Virus record (IMG/VR): IMGVR_UViG_3300016667_000764
Location: 1 to 31,075 of that record
Origin: a virus
Taxonomy: Duplodnaviria; Caudoviricetes
Length of the DNA stretch: 31,075 nucleotides
Direction: 5' to 3' (one strand)
The notes below the pieces were generated by a model that was not told where the DNA came from, ran no database searches, and worked only from the letters and a program-made list of their open reading frames with translations. This document shows, one piece after another, positions 1 through 10,300 of this stretch. Made by a program: the position numbers and the translations under genes. Within the stretch, counting starts at the first letter, position 1, and every line of letters begins with the position of its first letter.

Positions 1-1
1 A

Positions 2-1165
2 ATAGCAACATCACAACCAGATACAAATCAAGATGCTCTAATCAACTGGAGATATGTTCGTGGCGGAAACATCACCCCAGATACTGTTAATCAAACAAGA
101 GGTTTGTCAGTAGCAGATTTGGCTTTGTTCAATGTACGTCAACTTGCAAAGTTTACAATATATCTACAAGGCGGATTTGATGGCGTTAATGTCTTCAACT
201 ATGATGAACGTTATCTAACAAATAGAGCAGTATATGAAGAACTTGACTTCTCCTCCCGTGGAGAACAAGAAGCTTCTGCTGTAGTCGCATACAATACTGC
301 TCTAAATCTAATGGCAGATGCAACAGAAGTTGATGTACAACTTTTCGCAGTACCAGGAATAACAAATCCTTCTATAACAGATCGTGCTGTACAAATAGCA
401 GAAGGTCGTTTCGATGCGCTTTACATTATGGATATCGAAACATATGATACATTTGGTAATCTTCTTCTAGAAGCAAATCAAGTTCCTTCTGTTGCTTACA
501 CATCGGCACAATTCCGTGATCGCAATATGAACAGTTCATTTGCTGCGTGTTACTTCCCAGACGTTATTATGAGAGACACAGTAGCAAATAGACTTCGCCA
601 AGTACCACCTTCTGTAGTTGCTCTCGGCGCCTTCTCTTTCAATGACTCCGTAGCATTCCCATGGTTTGCACCAGCAGGCTTTGCACGTGGCGCTCTAGCA
701 ACAACAGAACGTTCTACAATAGAACTATCCAGAGCAAATATGGATGCTCTATATGAAGTAGATATCAATCCAATAGTATCCTTCGCAGGTTCTGAAGGAT
801 TGGTAATCTGGGGTCAGAAGACAATGTATGCACAACAATCAGCTCTTGATCGTGTAAACGTTCGTCGTCTACTTCTCTCCATCCGTAGACAAGTTCGTCA
901 AGTTGCTAACCGCATTCTCTTTGAGCAAACACTCCCAGAGACACTTGCTCGCTTCTCACAACTTGTTAACCCAATCCTCAAGCGTGTTCAAGATCAACGT
1001 GGCGTAGATCGTTTCCTTGTACGTATCGATACATCTACAACAACCCAAGCAGATTTTGAGAACAAGACAATCCGTGGTAAGATCTTCTTACAACCAACAC
1101 GCACCCTCGAGTTCCTTTCTGTAGACTTTGTAATCAATAACCCAAGCAACTTTGGTCAGGGTTGA
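2..1165 (+). CDS. Contractile tail sheath protein, C-terminal part (5'-truncated by window)
   Basis: Frame is open from position 2. Sheath C-terminal motifs: PPSVVALG, PWFAPAGFARG, LYEVDINPI, IWGQKT, LDRVNVRRLL, ILFE, IFLQPTRTLEFL. Confidence 0.95.
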   Translation: MATSQPDTNQDALINWRYVRGGNITPDTVNQTRGLSVADLALFNVRQLAKFTIYLQGGFDGVNVFNYDERYLTNRAVYEELDFSSRGEQEASAVVAYNTALNLMADATEVDVQLFAVPGITNPSITDRAVQIAEGRFDALYIMDIETYDTFGNLLLEANQVPSVAYTSAQFRDRNMNSSFAACYFPDVIMRDTVANRLRQVPPSVVALGAFSFNDSVAFPWFAPAGFARGALATTERSTIELSRANMDALYEVDINPIVSFAGSEGLVIWGQKTMYAQQSALDRVNVRRLLLSIRRQVRQVANRILFEQTLPETLARFSQLVNPILKRVQDQRGVDRFLVRIDTSTTTQADFENKTIRGKIFLQPTRTLEFLSVDFVINNPSNFGQG

Positions 1166-1195
1166 TAGAATATCTACATATTAAAGGCATATAAA

Positions 1196-1942
1196 ATGAA
1201 AATAACTTTAGAACAGCTTAATAAGCTAATCCGTGAAGCAGTTGAAGACGGTGGAGTTAAACCATATAGCGCAGAATCTTTAATAAAAGCTCTACGAGAT
1301 AATCCACAACTTGATCTTCCAGAAGAAGAAGAAATGGAAGAACAAGAAGAAGGTGAAGAGGAAGGCGAAGATTACTATGATTCACGTCCTGGTGACTTTG
1401 CACGAAGAAGACTTGGAGAAGGTGCTATGAAACTTATATACACAAACCATGGTATTCTAACAGAAGAACGTGTTCGTGAATTGAAAGAATGCGGATACGA
1501 AATGGAAGAATGTGGATATGCCGGAGCTATGGACGGTGAAAGTGCAATTCGTATGGGCGCTGGCTATCATGAAATGGATCCAGAGGAACCTGTAGCAAAA
1601 GTTGTTATCCTTGGACCAGGACAAGAAGACGTTCTTGAAGAAGGCGACACATCATCTCCTGCTGATGGTGGTTCTGTTACTGGCACACAAGTTGGTAACG
1701 TTGGTCCACAAGGCGTAACAGGCTCTGCTGCTTCTGGAAATCCAGGCGGAGCCAACACAGTCCATGAAAGCTTTAATCGTCGTGCAGAACGTCTTTTAGA
1801 GGCATGGATGGAAGAAGAACTTCATGGCGATCAAGATAAACTTGATTTAGACGATGATGGTGAGATTGAAGCAAGCGATTTAGAGATGCTTCGCCATGGT
1901 TTAAAAGATAAACAAGTTGGTAAAGACAGAAAACGTGGATGA
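1196..1942 (+). CDS. Acidic hypothetical protein with N-terminal MKITxxQLxxLIRE tag and C-terminal EF-hand-like loop; putative virion/head-associated protein
   Basis: ORF between sheath and tube. Starts MKITLEQLNKLIREAVE, has a Glu-rich tract, and carries DLDDDGEIEASD (DxDxDG loop). Confidence 0.6.
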   Translation: MKITLEQLNKLIREAVEDGGVKPYSAESLIKALRDNPQLDLPEEEEMEEQEEGEEEGEDYYDSRPGDFARRRLGEGAMKLIYTNHGILTEERVRELKECGYEMEECGYAGAMDGESAIRMGAGYHEMDPEEPVAKVVILGPGQEDVLEEGDTSSPADGGSVTGTQVGNVGPQGVTGSAASGNPGGANTVHESFNRRAERLLEAWMEEELHGDQDKLDLDDDGEIEASDLEMLRHGLKDKQVGKDRKRG

Positions 1943-2001
1943 TACGTATAGAAAATCAGATTTGAAATATATTTATAAGGAAGAATAAAGGGTAAAAGAT
2001 T

Positions 2002-2490
2002 ATGGCCGAAACACTATCAGTAACAGAAATGTTGCCTACAAAGTTTGAACCGCTTAAAAAGCATCGGTTCGTCTTCGCTATTGAAGGTATTGATTCATTC
2101 CTCGTCAAGTCTGCTGCACGTCCACAGATGACATTTGAAGAAACAGCTATTCCATGGATCAACAGCACACGTTATGTTGCTGGCAAGGGAACATGGGGCG
2201 AAATGAACGTAACACTTTACGATCCAATTGCTCCATCCGGCGCACAACAAGTAATGGAATGGGTACGTCTCTGCTTTGAGTCAGTTTCTGGTCGTGCTGG
2301 TTATTCCGATTTCTACAAGCGTGATATCCAAATCAAGATGCTTGATCCAGTTGGAACAGTTGTACAACTTTGGGATATCAAAGGCGCATGGTGTAAGTCT
2401 GCTAACTTTGGTGATATGGCTTATGACGGTAACGATCTAGCGGATATCCAACTTTCTATTCGCTTTGACAACTGCGTACTTCAATTCTGA
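2002..2490 (+). CDS. Tail tube protein (T4 gp19-like family)
   Basis: 162 aa downstream of sheath. FEP..RF, RP, YVAGKGTW, TLYDPI, VMEW, YKRDI, LDPVG..V..W.IKGAW, FG, ends FD: tube-family pattern. Confidence 0.92.
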   Translation: MAETLSVTEMLPTKFEPLKKHRFVFAIEGIDSFLVKSAARPQMTFEETAIPWINSTRYVAGKGTWGEMNVTLYDPIAPSGAQQVMEWVRLCFESVSGRAGYSDFYKRDIQIKMLDPVGTVVQLWDIKGAWCKSANFGDMAYDGNDLADIQLSIRFDNCVLQF

Positions 2491-2515
2491 TCGCAGAAAC
2501 GTTTATCCTTTCGTA

Positions 2516-2546
2516 GAAGACCTGGGAGAAATCTCCTGGGTTTTTC
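2516..2546 (+). terminator. Rho-independent terminator after tail tube gene
   Basis: ACCTGGGAG-aaat-CTCCTGGGT stem (two G-U pairs) followed by a T run. Confidence 0.7.
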
Positions 2547-2558
2547 TATTTATGGCAT

Positions 2559-3479
2559 ATGGATATAATAGAACAATCAATGAAACAATATGAGCTTATT
2601 CGTAAAGGATATCCTCAATTATTCTCCGATGCTCAAAAGATTGCAAAGCTTATTATAAAAGCCTCTAAAAAGGATTTTGAGCCAGTTAAAACTTGGCGCT
2701 ACCTACAGAGGTTGAAGCAAATAGAAAGCCGTAAAAAGGGTTATAGACCCGTTCCTGATATGGTTATAAACATCTTCTTGGATGCCAAACTAACCAGAGA
2801 TGAAGAACGTGCAAAAATAAAGCAATATTATCTAAATGTTTTGAGAGCAGGACAAAAAGACGTTAATGATATGTCTTTGATTAAAGAATATATCAAACTA
2901 ATAGTAGAAGATGCAGCTACTAAATTGGCGCCCGCAAAAAAGGGAGAAGCTATTAACGTCTCAACTAACAAAGAGACAGCAAAGGCGATAGCCCCAGACG
3001 TTTCTGAATTGGTTAATAACACTTATGGAAGCATGGGCGGTTTTCCAGGTGCAGATACGCCAGAAGGCTTATTAAGCAGATTTACAGACTTTTATTTATC
3101 TGACGTAGATGAAGATCCGGAACCAGATGCAGGTATTCTTTATACTGATTGGAAAGGTTCTAAAAAGGCTTCTGCTCTTGTTACTGACGGTGGTTCAGAA
3201 GCAAAGGCTAAAATAAGAGATATGATGAGCACGTTCTTTAGTCAAGATGGTGCATGGGTAGAAGTTTCTGGAGCTCCTGCAAATATTCTTGTAAGCAAAA
3301 TGGGAATGCCAACCATTGAAAATGAAGAACAAGTAAGAAAGCTAATGCCACGAATAAAAGATATTGTATGGCATGGAAAGCATCCAGATGGTATACCATA
3401 TGGCAATGGTTGGTATACAAGAAACATTGCTGGTCATGAAGCAACAAAGATTATTGTTGGCAATCCTCCAAGCGTGTAA
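2559..3479 (+). CDS. Hypothetical protein, apparently two-part (possible internal start at 2871)
   Basis: 306-aa ORF. Basic N-terminal 104 aa, then MSLIKEYIKLIVE and a globular domain ending WYTRNIAGHEATKIIVGNP. Confidence 0.6.
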   Translation: MDIIEQSMKQYELIRKGYPQLFSDAQKIAKLIIKASKKDFEPVKTWRYLQRLKQIESRKKGYRPVPDMVINIFLDAKLTRDEERAKIKQYYLNVLRAGQKDVNDMSLIKEYIKLIVEDAATKLAPAKKGEAINVSTNKETAKAIAPDVSELVNNTYGSMGGFPGADTPEGLLSRFTDFYLSDVDEDPEPDAGILYTDWKGSKKASALVTDGGSEAKAKIRDMMSTFFSQDGAWVEVSGAPANILVSKMGMPTIENEEQVRKLMPRIKDIVWHGKHPDGIPYGNGWYTRNIAGHEATKIIVGNPPSV

Positions 3480-3558
3480 TTTGATTAGATATTCTTATTT
3501 ATACAATCTAAACTGACGTTATACAATTGAAGAGTTATATCAATTGGAGGAAGAAATA

Positions 3559-4455
3559 ATGTCAGAAACAGATAATAGAGAATTACGTAATGCTATCTTT
3601 GCTGCACAGCAGGCATCACAGAATGCTGGAGCTGTTGGACAGTCACAAGATGGTCAGCCAATAACAAGTCAACAATATGCCAAACAAGAACTTGGCGTAG
3701 AAATCCCAGTAGATGCTGTGCCTCTACCATCAAAAGGTAAAGTTTATCAACATGGGCATCCTCTTTGTGGAGCAGATGCAGTTGAATATCGTGCAATGAC
3801 AGCCAAAGAAGAAGACATTCTTATGTCACAGGCTCTTATTAAACGTGGCACAGTCATTACAGAACTTATTAAATCATGTTTGATTAATAGAGATATCGAT
3901 GTTCAATCATTGCTTTCCGGAGACAGAAATGCACTCATGATCGCAATTCGTGCATCAGGCTATGGAAATATCTACGAACCAACATATCAATGTCCATCAT
4001 GCGAATTCAAGAATGAACTTGAAGTTGATTTAAATTCTTTGCCAATCAAGCCTTTGTCAATTGAACCTGTAATGCCAAATACAAATGCATTCTCTTTCAA
4101 GCTCCCAGTTTCAAAGAAGACCATTACTTTCAAGTTCCTTAATGGTCGTGAGGAAGAAGAAATCGTTGCAGATATGGAAACTCGCAAAAAGAAGGGTTTG
4201 TTAAATTCAAATCTTGTAACTGGTAGACTTTTGCGTTCTATTGTTGCTATCGATGGTAATGATAATAAAAGCCTTGTTTCAAAATTTGTTCAATATATGC
4301 CAGCCCGTGATTCACTAATGCTTCGTGAATATATTGACGAGCATGAGCCTGGAGTTGATATGAAGATTGATTTTAAGTGCAACAACTGTGATCACTTCGA
4401 GGAGATGTCCCTACCAATGGGAGCCACGTTTTTTTGGCCTAACTACAAACGATAA
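3559..4455 (+). CDS. Baseplate hub / tail assembly chaperone (T4 gp26-like), Zn-binding
   Basis: GGAGG RBS at 3546-3550 before ATG 3559. LPSKG, YRAMTAKEEDIL, LLSGDRNALMIAIR..GYG, CPSC, LPVSKK, CNNC, C-terminal FFWP. Located after the tube gene. Confidence 0.8.
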   Translation: MSETDNRELRNAIFAAQQASQNAGAVGQSQDGQPITSQQYAKQELGVEIPVDAVPLPSKGKVYQHGHPLCGADAVEYRAMTAKEEDILMSQALIKRGTVITELIKSCLINRDIDVQSLLSGDRNALMIAIRASGYGNIYEPTYQCPSCEFKNELEVDLNSLPIKPLSIEPVMPNTNAFSFKLPVSKKTITFKFLNGREEEEIVADMETRKKKGLLNSNLVTGRLLRSIVAIDGNDNKSLVSKFVQYMPARDSLMLREYIDEHEPGVDMKIDFKCNNCDHFEEMSLPMGATFFWPNYKR

Positions 4456-4705
4456 AGAAGCCGTTATTCTTGAGCCATTCTTCTTATTAGGTTATTATTT
4501 CGGAATGGATTGGAATACGTATTACAACTATCCAATAACTTATAAGAGATGGCTCATTAAGAGAATAGAAAAAGAAATCAATAAAGCTGCTGAAAAAGGA
4601 AGCGATATACCAAGCAAAGCAATGCATCATAATACTCCAGATGTTCGTTCACTTACTGGAAAGTACAGGACGCAAGTGCCTTCTAAACTTCAACGCTTCA
4701 CGTGA
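4430..4705 (+). CDS. Tail chaperone extension (gp51/GT-like), probably expressed by +1 frameshift from the upstream chaperone
   Basis: +1-frame ORF overlapping the chaperone end at T7 (4429-4435). FFLLGYYFGMDWNTYYNYPITYKRWLIKRI resembles small myovirus chaperone extensions. First in-frame ATG is only at 4505. Confidence 0.65.
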   Translation, partial: FFGLTTNDKEAVILEPFFLLGYYFGMDWNTYYNYPITYKRWLIKRIEKEINKAAEKGSDIPSKAMHHNTPDVRSLTGKYRTQVPSKLQRFT

Positions 4706-4708
4706 TCA

Positions 4709-5251
4709 TCAGATACGAATCTTAAGAATGCCCAGATGATGTAATGCCATATAGGCTCCATCTGGGTTTCTTATTTTGCCGTCATATAAAAGATTTTCTA
4801 AATCTTCCATATCTACAACGGCAACTTCTAGAAATTCGTCTGCATCTAAATCTAAATCTGATACCTTGTTGCATCCAGTAGCTACAAATACATGGCGCAT
4901 ACCAGATGAATATGGAGAATAGCTGCGGCTTGATAAGAACTCTACATTACCTTCATAGCCTGTCTCTTCTAATAGTTCACGTTCAGCGGCTCTAGAAGGC
5001 TTTTCTCCAGGGTCTATCATGCCTCCAGGTAGTTCGAACTCTACTCGCTCTATCCCCGGTCTAAACTGCTTTACGAGCACTACTTGACCATCAGAGGTCA
5101 TAGGGAAGATATTAACACTATCTGGAGTTCTATCAATAAAAGAAGTATACGGCTTTCCATTTGGCAACAAGAAAGTCTTTTCAACAACTTTTTTGCTGTA
5201 GCCAGTTGGTTTGTGTGAGAAGTTATAAAACTTTTCTTTAAGCTTTTTCAT
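4709..5251 (-). CDS. Nudix hydrolase (ADP-ribose pyrophosphatase-like)
   Basis: Complete Nudix box GGMIDPGEKPSRAAERELLEETGY, with LVKQFR and ELPGG upstream and LDADEFLEV downstream. Confidence 0.92.
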   Translation of the reverse strand: MKKLKEKFYNFSHKPTGYSKKVVEKTFLLPNGKPYTSFIDRTPDSVNIFPMTSDGQVVLVKQFRPGIERVEFELPGGMIDPGEKPSRAAERELLEETGYEGNVEFLSSRSYSPYSSGMRHVFVATGCNKVSDLDLDADEFLEVAVVDMEDLENLLYDGKIRNPDGAYMALHHLGILKIRI

Positions 5252-6393
5252 ACTCTTAACAATCCGCCACCAATTTCTGCTGCTACAGCTCCTGCACGAG
5301 TCGCTGCTGTTGCCAATTCTCCAGCTTTAATCGTTGCTGCCGCTGGTTCTGCTGCTGCTAATACTGCACTACCATGAGCCCCTGCTACAGCACCAGATAT
5401 TCCGTGAGATACGAATCCATGCAATATATGATACACGGTTGGTAGGGCGCTTATAAACAATATTAAGATATATACGTGGAATACTAGTTCTTCTAGTTTT
5501 GGTTTAATAAGTTGATCTTGTTGCCACTCTTCATATGAGAGAGCAGCCAAGAAACGATTAGATCCGCCTTTTGCTTTTACAGCTTCTGCGTCAGCTTCTG
5601 GGTTTTCCATATGCGCCGCCAAAGATGCTTGCTCTTTGCTCTTTAGTTTTTCTAATTGCGCCAATGTCTTTGGATCTTTGCCACGGAATAGTTTCTTGTG
5701 GAGTTCTTCGCCTTTGCCATTATTCCAATAATATTTGTAAATGGCATATGAAAGTTTATCAGGAACGAATAGATGAACTGTTTTTTGTTCCGCTTTGTGT
5801 GCATAATGAAATAAGTGCCCGAGCCATAAACAAAAGCCGCCAACCGTTTGCATAAACGTTGAGCTTGATTTCTTTAACCAAGCTCCAAGCTTTTCTAAAC
5901 CAATACCCATTAATGCAACTGCTTTAAGACCAGCTAATACAACACCTATAATAGTAATAGGATCTGCAAGTTCATCAAGTCTTTTGTTTTTTTCTAGAAT
6001 CTTATTTGCTTCTTTAAAAGATTTGCTAGCTTCTTTTAATAAAGAATTATGTTTAGTAGAGAACTTTACATTGTGTTCTTTAAGGTTTGTAGCAGCATTT
6101 GACCATTGTTGTAAAGTAGTCTGGAAAGGAGCCAACTCCTTTGGTAGCTTAATTTGAACACCAGCTTGCTTTATAGCTCTGTAAATTTCAGAGATATCTT
6201 TATTGCTCTTATATGCTTCTACTTTTTTAACCAAGCCATCGAATTGAGTTAACAATGCTTGAATTGCTTTTTGACTTACGTTTGCAGCTCCTTGTTTAAG
6301 CTGTTGCGTAAAGCCTTGTTCAAGTAAAACATGTTTTATTTCTTGTTGGATATATGCTTCCAACAATAATTTTTCATTTTTGTTCATGATCAA
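5248..6393 (-). CDS. Hypothetical protein with hydrophobic segments; N-terminal LLEAYIQQEI..VLLE motif
   Basis: 381-aa ORF overlapping both neighbours by 4 nt (translational coupling). Two to three hydrophobic stretches and an Ala/Gly-rich C-terminus. Confidence 0.65.
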   Translation of the reverse strand: MIMNKNEKLLLEAYIQQEIKHVLLEQGFTQQLKQGAANVSQKAIQALLTQFDGLVKKVEAYKSNKDISEIYRAIKQAGVQIKLPKELAPFQTTLQQWSNAATNLKEHNVKFSTKHNSLLKEASKSFKEANKILEKNKRLDELADPITIIGVVLAGLKAVALMGIGLEKLGAWLKKSSSTFMQTVGGFCLWLGHLFHYAHKAEQKTVHLFVPDKLSYAIYKYYWNNGKGEELHKKLFRGKDPKTLAQLEKLKSKEQASLAAHMENPEADAEAVKAKGGSNRFLAALSYEEWQQDQLIKPKLEELVFHVYILILFISALPTVYHILHGFVSHGISGAVAGAHGSAVLAAAEPAAATIKAGELATAATRAGAVAAEIGGGLLRV

Positions 6394-6935
6394 TCTTTTC
6401 TTGAACGTTTACCGGAACATTTCCATTTCTTTCTGGAAAGTCGGAGGGGACTGTTGGCATCTTTAGCAGCAGAAGGATGATCTTTCATTTGACCATAGGA
6501 GCGAGCACAGTAGCTATCGCCCTTTGATGTTCCTGGAGCAATAGAATAGCCTTTAGCTCCGTAGCGAACTGTTCTTTTGTTCTTTCCAGAGCCAACTACT
6601 TTTTTATATTTCTTTGGACCGGTATATTTTTCAGCAATATTTGAACGTTGTTCGGGACCAACTAAATCCGTAACAATTCTATTGACCAATTCTTCTTCAA
6701 TGTCAGGGAAAAATTCGTTATCGAGAATGTTTCTTACCAGAGTTTTAAGTTTTTCTAGAGCTCTTTTATCATACTTGGCATCATCAACATATTCGTCAAA
6801 ATCAGCCAATGTATCAAATCCTTCTTCTCCGAAAGCCTTTTGGAGAACAGGTATAACTGTGTTTTTTGTAAATTCCGTTTGTATTTCTTCATTAAGAAGA
6901 AAACTTAAAACGTTCTTGATATTATAGTTTGACAT
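6390..6935 (-). CDS. Hypothetical phage protein with basic C-terminal domain (SYCARS...DANSPLRLSRKKWKC)
   Basis: Likely ATG at 6935. Acidic N-half, then a Lys/Arg-rich C-terminal domain of a kind I recognise from environmental phage proteins of unknown function. Confidence 0.6.
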   Translation of the reverse strand: MSNYNIKNVLSFLLNEEIQTEFTKNTVIPVLQKAFGEEGFDTLADFDEYVDDAKYDKRALEKLKTLVRNILDNEFFPDIEEELVNRIVTDLVGPEQRSNIAEKYTGPKKYKKVVGSGKNKRTVRYGAKGYSIAPGTSKGDSYCARSYGQMKDHPSAAKDANSPLRLSRKKWKCSGKRSRKD

Positions 6936-6946
6936 AATGAATCCTT

Positions 6947-7303
6947 TCAGAGTGGCCAATCGTAACCAGTTGCGTTCTTAAAAGACACTTTGGCTTCATT
7001 TTGTGCATTAAGTTTTTGCATTACGCTTTCTACTGTGGCACCTTCACGATTAAGTTCTTCTTGATAATCTTTTGAAGCTTTAATAACTTCAGTCATTGCA
7101 GCAAGTTGTTCTGGAGTACCTTGAAGCTTAAATGGAAAGTTAGCTACGTTTTGTTCTTCGTTTTCTTGTTGTTCATTCATGCCTGAACCTAGTTTTCTCA
7201 AACCGGCAGCAGCTAGACGAGCAGCAACTGTTGCAAACAATAATTTGCCTGCCCATGTAAGACGAATTTCATTAAGTTGTTGTTTAGAATTTTTATCCGA
7301 CAT
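6947..7303 (-). CDS. Hypothetical protein
   Basis: 118-aa ORF with ATG and GAGG-like RBS. First gene of the reverse-strand operon; ends TGYDWPL. Confidence 0.65.
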   Translation of the reverse strand: MSDKNSKQQLNEIRLTWAGKLLFATVAARLAAAGLRKLGSGMNEQQENEEQNVANFPFKLQGTPEQLAAMTEVIKASKDYQEELNREGATVESVMQKLNAQNEAKVSFKNATGYDWPL

Positions 7304-7387
7304 TATATTGCCTCAATACCTTAAATTTTTAGATCCGATTGTAATTATGACAAGACCAGACAAACACTTTATAATAAATATTGAAAC

Positions 7388-10300
7388 ATGGCAACAAATA
7401 TTGAAATAACAGCTCAATTGAACCAGATGTTAGTTGAACAAAACAAATTATTGTTAGTTCAAGCTAAAATTCAAAAGGGTCAATTGGCTATCATGCAACA
7501 AATGGCTGTTGCAATGGGACAGATTGATGTTAACGCCATGAATGAAAGCCTTAAAGGCGTTTCTGAACAATTAACCGCTGCTGAAGAAGCTGCAAAACAA
7601 TTTGGTCAAACAACTCAAGCTTCAACTGCAACTGCCGCCGCCGGTTTGGCTAAAGTTAAAACTTCAACAGATCAAGTTGCCGATGCACTCGAAGCAGGTG
7701 CCGACGCAGCCGAAAGATATAAAGTTAATATAGCTGCTGCTGCTGCGGAAGGTGCAATAAAAGGATTTCAATTTACTTTCAGCGCATTGAAAGGAATTGG
7801 AGGAATATTAGACGTTGCAATTCGTAAGTTCAGCCAATTTGCAATGGCTGTTATTAGATTTCCAATAGGAATTTGGAATTTCTTATTTGAAAAGGCTACT
7901 TCCGGAGGTGGAGGTGGAGGGTTAAGAGAAGCCCTGGAAGGCATACGTAAAGAATTTGGTGATCTGTCTACAAATTCATCAAAAGCCATAATTGATATGG
8001 CAAAGTCTATGCAAGGTCCGCTAGCAAATACCGGATTGTCTGTTTATAGAACTTTTGGTAATCTAGCAGAACGATTAAAGTATATTGCAGAGTTGGCAAA
8101 AGCATTAGGTCCACTATTCAATAACATTGTTGCTCGGGGATTAATAAAAAGTGCTGAAGCTACTTTGGCTTTCCAGAAAGGTTTAGGTCTGTCTAATGAG
8201 CAGATGAAAACCGTAGCAAGAACAGCTCTGATCAGTGGTACAAGTGTAGACGAATCTTTAAGAGAGATGTCAAACTACGCCATACAGCTTGGTGATGCAT
8301 TTGGTTTAAATGCCATGGAAATATCTCGAGATATGGCTGAAATGGAAGGAGATATGAAGCATTTCGGCGGCTTAACTCGAAAAGAGTTAGGTGAAACTGC
8401 TGCTTATGCTAAAAAACTTGGTATCGAAGTCAAATCTCTAGCCGGTATTATGGATACCTTTGATAATCTAGATTCAGCCGCTGAAGCTGCTGCTAGGTTA
8501 AATCAACAATTTGGCATACAAATTGAAACAATGCGAATGCTGAAAGCCGAAAGTCCGGCGGAACGATTGGAATATTTGCGAAAGCAAATGGAAAGAACCG
8601 GTCAAAGCTTTGAAAGACTTGATAGACGGTCGCAACAGTATTTGGCTAGCACAATCAACTTAACCCAAGAAGAAGCTGCATTAGTTTTTGCTCAACAAAA
8701 TAGAGGCTTGAGTTTAGATCAAATTAAAAAGAAATCTGCTGAAGCAGAGAAGAAACAGCTTACACAAGCAGAAGCTTTGCAAAAATTAGCAGGTTCAATC
8801 GAAAGATTGGTTAAAGGTGGTGGCGGCGGAGCCAAGTCCTTGTTTGAAGCATTTGTTCAAGGATTTGAGAGGGCTATATTCCGAAGTAGGGAATTTAGGC
8901 AAATAATGAGAAACATACGAATAATGCTTCGTAGAACCCGACTAGCTGGTATGGAAGTCGGCAGAGCATTCGTAGATATGTTCCCTGGTGTTAAGGGCAT
9001 TATGGGAGGATTGGCAGACTTGTTTAATCCAGAACGCTGGAAGAGAACAATGTCAAAAGTTGTCGATACTTTTAAAAACTTCTTTAAAGACCTCCAAACA
9101 AATCCAGAAGCTGGATTAAAAAATCTATTTGATCGACTTAAAAAAACTTTCTTTGATCATTTCGATGCTAGTTCTGGTGCTGGTAGAAAACTAATAGAAA
9201 ACTTTAAACTATTTTTTGGCACTATATTGAAAGCGGTTGTTGGTGGTCTGAAAGCCTTAATTCCAGTTGTTTTCGAAAATTTAACGAAGCTGATTAATGG
9301 TATTAACAGTTTCCTTAAGGGTGAAGTTGGTTTGCCTATTGATGCTAGTTCATTAGGTGGTCAAGTAATGCAAGTACTTACTCAAATATGGGAAGTATTA
9401 AAACAAGCTTGGCCGCCATTGTGGGAAGCAATTAAAGGACTCTTCACTACAGTATTTGCGAAAGTTCAAGATTGGTACGAAACCAATAAGTTAAAGATAT
9501 GGGGTTTCTTATTTGGTCCTGCAATTGCTAGAAGTATTGCCGGGGCTATAGCTTCTTCATTAACTCAAGCAGCAGTTAAAGGTATAGGTGCCGCAGCTAC
9601 ATCATCTGCCGTTCAAGGAGCTGGTAGAGCATTTGTTGGCAGATTAACTGGCGTCACTCAATTGACCGAAAGAGACATTACATTCTTGGACAGAGCTCCA
9701 CGTGGGCGTAGACCACCTCCAATACCAGCAGCAGCTCGGCGGGTACCAGCAGGAGCTACAACAGCAACTGGTGGTTTAACAGGGTTTATAAATACTTTGA
9801 AAACCTTAAAAGCGGGTGACATAGTAAATGCCGGATTAAAACTAGTATTACTAACAACCTTTTTAACAATTGCATTAGCGCCATTTGTTATTGGATTTAT
9901 TTTTGCTGCTCAACAATTTGAGAATATTAGTGCTGCCGCTATAATGAAAACTGCGGCAGCTATTATTGTCATGGGCGGCTTATTAACCGCAATGACAGGA
10001 TTAACTAAAATACTTTCTACTGTAAATCCTGGAACATTAGGTCCATCAATAGTTGGACTCGCTAGTTTGTCTGCATTAGTACTTGGACTAGCGGGTGTAA
10101 TGTGGCTCTCAATAAAGATGTTGGGAGGATTTGAAATAGGACAAGTAGGTGCAACTATACTTGCACTAGGAGCAGGTTCTCTATTGATGGTGGCAATGGC
10201 AGGAACAGCACACGTTCTTGCTGCTGTCGGGACAGAGTTGGCTGAAACAGCAGGTATTGGATTACTATTAGCTGGTGCCGGATTAGTTGGTTTAGGTGCT

